Shown: positions 60,913-64,000 of the stretch, piece after piece
Layout of the letters: each line of letters starts with the position of its first letter
Position numbering within the stretch: position 1 is the stretch's first letter
Source: a virus
Reading direction: 5' to 3' (one strand)
Virus record (IMG/VR): IMGVR_UViG_3300023184_000046
Span: 1-64,000 of that record
DNA: 64,000 bases
Program-made: the position numbers and the translations under genes
Notes under the pieces: model-generated
The model's input: the letters and a program-made list of their open reading frames with translations, nothing else
What the model was told of the DNA's origin: nothing
Databases searched by the model: none

Positions 60913-60922
60913 TATATAAATA
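60913..60922 (+). promoter_or_regulatory. T4 late-promoter-like TATAAATA box
   Basis: Exact TATAAATA at 60915-60922 directly before ATG 60924. Confidence 0.4.
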
Positions 60923-60923
60923 C

Positions 60924-61118
60924 ATGAAGACTTTTATAGAATTTGTAAAAGATTTGTATGGAGAAGAAATAGTTGGAATATATCCACCTTTATATAACGG
61001 AGTTGGACAATATCCTCCTCTTGCTAATCAAACTGGCTCAGATATGATTTATGTTAAAGCAAGTAGAGATAGCTTAAAAAAGAAAAAGAAAAAGAAAAAG
61101 AAAAAGAAAATTAATTAA
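60924..61118 (+). CDS. Small protein with MKTFIEFV leader and poly-Lys tail
   Basis: YPPLYNGVGQYPPL motif; K11 tail. Confidence 0.65.
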   Translation: MKTFIEFVKDLYGEEIVGIYPPLYNGVGQYPPLANQTGSDMIYVKASRDSLKKKKKKKKKKKIN

Positions 61119-61755
61119 ACATTTTCTTAGTTATAAATTTTTTAAATATATCATATTTTTCTTTATTTATAACTCTATCAAAATCAGAATAATATTTATC
61201 ATCAAAATTAAACTTGAAGTAATCAATGTCTTTCTTGAATATTTCAGAAACCATTTTTATATTATCATCATTTTTATAATAATTTTTATAATACTCATGA
61301 TTGCTTTTGTTAACATGAAGCAAATTATCTTTTCTATTTATTATATTTCTTATAAATTCAAAATCTTTCTTTATAGTATGAAGATTACAAATATAATCAA
61401 CAATTATATTATTGTCTTCAGAAATCCAATCAAGTACTGTTCTAATATGAGAATTACTATTTAAGAAAGCATTATATTCATTTTTCAAATAAGTGTCAAA
61501 ACATGGATTTTCATGAATGAACAATTCTTTGGTTTGAAATGAATTACCTGACTTAATCTGATAAAAATAAGACGAAACAATTCTTGTCCAAGGGTTCCTC
61601 GTGCAAGCAAAAACTAAATATTTTTCATATATTCTAGGAAATGATTTTTTGTAATAAGAAGCAGCACGATGCTCTTGATTACTTTTGAAATATTTAGTAA
61701 TAGAAGACCCACCAGTTTTTGGAATATGTATAAATATAAAAGGATTTGTTATCAT
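61111..61755 (-). CDS. Sulfotransferase family 2
   Basis: FIHIPKTGGSSI, RNPWTRIVSSY, DIDYFKF. Confidence 0.85.
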   Translation of the reverse strand: MITNPFIFIHIPKTGGSSITKYFKSNQEHRAASYYKKSFPRIYEKYLVFACTRNPWTRIVSSYFYQIKSGNSFQTKELFIHENPCFDTYLKNEYNAFLNSNSHIRTVLDWISEDNNIIVDYICNLHTIKKDFEFIRNIINRKDNLLHVNKSNHEYYKNYYKNDDNIKMVSEIFKKDIDYFKFNFDDKYYSDFDRVINKEKYDIFKKFITKKMFN

Positions 61756-61814
61756 ATTTTATTTATACTTTTAAAATAAAAATTAATATTTTAAAATTAA
61801 CTAGTAAATAAATT

Positions 61815-62267
61815 ATGAAGTTTAAATTTTGGATAATGACAGAAGAATTAATTTCATCTTTACCAAGAGATGATTATGGATCTCCAATTGCATGGGAAGA
61901 AGATAACTACAGAATAACACTTTATAATACTAGCAATTACTTTAATGCTTATTTGATGCACAATGAAAACAATTGGAAACAAATTGGTTCATTGAAAACA
62001 AAAATATCTACAAAAAAAATAAATGGCACTAAAATTAAATACGCTGAAGTTTCTACTATCTCTCTTCATAAAGAACACCAAAATAAAGGCTTTGGAACTC
62101 AGCTTTATAAAATATTATTAAAATATTTGCCAGATGATATTGTTGGTATTGGATCAAATTTACAATACAGACTAAATAAAAAAGAAATACCTAAAATATA
62201 TCAAAAATTAGGATATGAATCTTATAATGATGGTGATTTTCAATTAATAAAAAAAAATACAATTTAA
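61815..62267 (+). CDS. GNAT-family acetyltransferase
   Basis: Motif A ISLHKEHQNKGFGTQLY; IYQKLGY. Confidence 0.7.
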   Translation: MKFKFWIMTEELISSLPRDDYGSPIAWEEDNYRITLYNTSNYFNAYLMHNENNWKQIGSLKTKISTKKINGTKIKYAEVSTISLHKEHQNKGFGTQLYKILLKYLPDDIVGIGSNLQYRLNKKEIPKIYQKLGYESYNDGDFQLIKKNTI

Positions 62268-62290
62268 AATTTTATTTTATGTAGGTATAA

Positions 62291-62944
62291 ATGAAAATTC
62301 TTAAATTTAGCCATATTACAAAAACTGCTGGATCTACAATAGTGTGGATTGCACATTTAGATAATGTAAAATGGGGCTGGGGCGATGAACAATTCTGGAA
62401 GAATCTTATAGTTTCTTCAAGATATAAGTATAAAGGTTGCATTTGGCATTTTCCAATAAGTTTTTGTGAAAACAAGTTATTAAATGAAACACTTTTAAAG
62501 TATAATTTTTTTACAGTAGTTAGAAACCCATATGAGCGATGTATCAGTGAATATTATTGCAAATGGGGAGGGCCAGAAATTAAATCTAAAGAAAAAAAAG
62601 ATTTCAACTCTTATATTCAAAAAAATCTAATAGATATTAAAAATTTTAAATTTACATCTGGTCATTTTATTCCGCAATTTTTTTATGCATATGACGAAAA
62701 TAATAAAAGAATTATTGAAGATGTATTGAAATATGAAAATATAGAAACTGAATTTAATAATTTGATGAATAAATATAATTATAAATTTAAATTTTTTTAC
62801 GATAAAAATAAAAATTTAATTAAAAAATTCAAACAATGTGATTTTTCAAAAGAAACTATAAAGTTAATACAAGAAGTTTATTATAAAGATTTTATTTTTT
62901 TTAACTATGATTTAGAACCTGTAATAAATACATGTGATTTTTAA
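62291..62944 (+). CDS. Sulfotransferase family 2
   Basis: FSHITKTAGSTI, RNPYERCISEY, HFIPQ, Y.KDF..F.Y. Confidence 0.85.
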   Translation: MKILKFSHITKTAGSTIVWIAHLDNVKWGWGDEQFWKNLIVSSRYKYKGCIWHFPISFCENKLLNETLLKYNFFTVVRNPYERCISEYYCKWGGPEIKSKEKKDFNSYIQKNLIDIKNFKFTSGHFIPQFFYAYDENNKRIIEDVLKYENIETEFNNLMNKYNYKFKFFYDKNKNLIKKFKQCDFSKETIKLIQEVYYKDFIFFNYDLEPVINTCDF

Positions 62945-62969
62945 TTAATAAAATATAAACTTTGAATTT

Positions 62970-63209
62970 TTATTTATCAAGCATTTTTCTTACTCTCATT
63001 AATGATTGTAGATCATTAAACTCATTTTCTGTTAATGGATCTAAACTTGGGCCTGTTGAAATCTTATCTATCATTTTTTCTATAGTTTTAACTATTTCTA
63101 CTTTTATACTATATGCTTTGCTACTGTAAAAACCTGATAAATATGACATTACTGAAAAAAATAAAACTATGAAGAAAATCATTAAAATATCATTGTCATC
63201 TTTTTCCAT
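62970..63209 (-). CDS. Small membrane protein
   Basis: Hydrophobic ILMIFFIVLFFSVMSYLSGF; AAGGA SD. Confidence 0.6.
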   Translation of the reverse strand: MEKDDNDILMIFFIVLFFSVMSYLSGFYSSKAYSIKVEIVKTIEKMIDKISTGPSLDPLTENEFNDLQSLMRVRKMLDK

Positions 63210-63225
63210 TGTAATATTCCTTTGG

Positions 63226-63810
63226 TTAAATTTTTTGTTTCTCCCTTATTAATATAAACTTGTATTTTTCTATATTCTTCATTGAATCTTCACACCATTC
63301 TTTATGTATTACTAATTTTTTATTTATTAAATAATTTAATTGATCTTTGTAAATTCTTACTGCAATATCATTAGGAGAAAATCCAGAATATATTTTGTGA
63401 GGTAGATTTTCTAGCATCCATTCCAATGATGCTTTGCCAAATATAAAATATTCCTTGCATTTAGTTAACGCTACTTTTGCATTTTGTTCACATGCCTTCT
63501 TTATTGAAAAAACTTTGAATGAATAAAAACTATCTAAGAATTCTGGAGCAGTTTTTATTTCTATTAATTCCTCTTCATCGCCTATTATGTATTTCTTGTC
63601 AACATTATGATTATTTAGATTGTTTTCTATTAAATTACCTGAATTATCAATTCCGTTTTCACTTAATATTACTTTGACTTTCATCCTACTCTCAAATTCA
63701 ATTCTTAAACATTCACCATATATTGATTCTCTCTGAGTATAATCATAAATATTACTCGCAAATACCTCTTCTGATCTATTGTCTTTTCTAAAATACAATG
63801 AATTATTCAT
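63226..63810 (-). CDS. Hypothetical protein, possible PD-(D/E)XK nuclease
   Basis: VD...IEIK spacing. Confidence 0.5.
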   Translation of the reverse strand: MNNSLYFRKDNRSEEVFASNIYDYTQRESIYGECLRIEFESRMKVKVILSENGIDNSGNLIENNLNNHNVDKKYIIGDEEELIEIKTAPEFLDSFYSFKVFSIKKACEQNAKVALTKCKEYFIFGKASLEWMLENLPHKIYSGFSPNDIAVRIYKDQLNYLINKKLVIHKEWCEDSMKNIEKYKFILIREKQKI

Positions 63811-63875
63811 TATAATATTCTAATATTTAAGTGCTTAAATAGCAATAAAATACAAAGCAAATCATAAATAAATAT

Positions 63876-64000
63876 ATGAACTTTAAAAACTGGCTATTAT
63901 TATCTGAAGGTTCAATTAAAATTCCTTACAAGGTAATTCAACCTATTGTTAATGATTATTTTGATTTTTACAAAAATGTTAACTTGGGTAAATCAAAATT
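63876..64000 (+). CDS. 5' part of a gene with MNFKNWLLLSE leader (truncated by the window edge)
   Basis: ATG 63876 preceded by ATAAATA-N5; open to the window end. Confidence 0.6.
   Translation, partial: MNFKNWLLLSEGSIKIPYKVIQPIVNDYFDFYKNVNLGKSK

Overview
A strongly AT-rich, gene-dense 64 kb segment of what is most likely a large (jumbo-type) contractile-tailed phage genome read with the standard genetic code. It contains: (i) a replication/recombination pair (Cas4/AddB-like PD-(D/E)XK nuclease, Toprim primase); (ii) an operon with an actin-superfamily ATPase that by recall resembles archaeal volactin; (iii) a long minus-strand tail module (three paralogous PKD-domain fibre-like proteins, one carrying about 1,000 aa of 11-residue CISFCKPPSFP-type repeats, baseplate wedge proteins, gp25, gp5/VgrG-like spike, hub, gp53/LysM-like protein, tube initiator, 2316-aa tape measure); (iv) a CCA-adding-enzyme homologue with its catalytic motifs lost; (v) a large glycan-modification region (glf, DegT, ATP-grasp, several glycosyltransferases, a TylF methyltransferase, five sulfotransferases window-wide) next to a mucin-like Thr-rich protein; and (vi) a set of small proteins sharing a leader that resembles the T4 capsid-targeting sequence, one of which hides a twin-arginine signal behind it. 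No rRNA, tRNA, CRISPR array, capsid, terminase or sheath gene was recognised. All family assignments come from visual motif recognition, not database searches.
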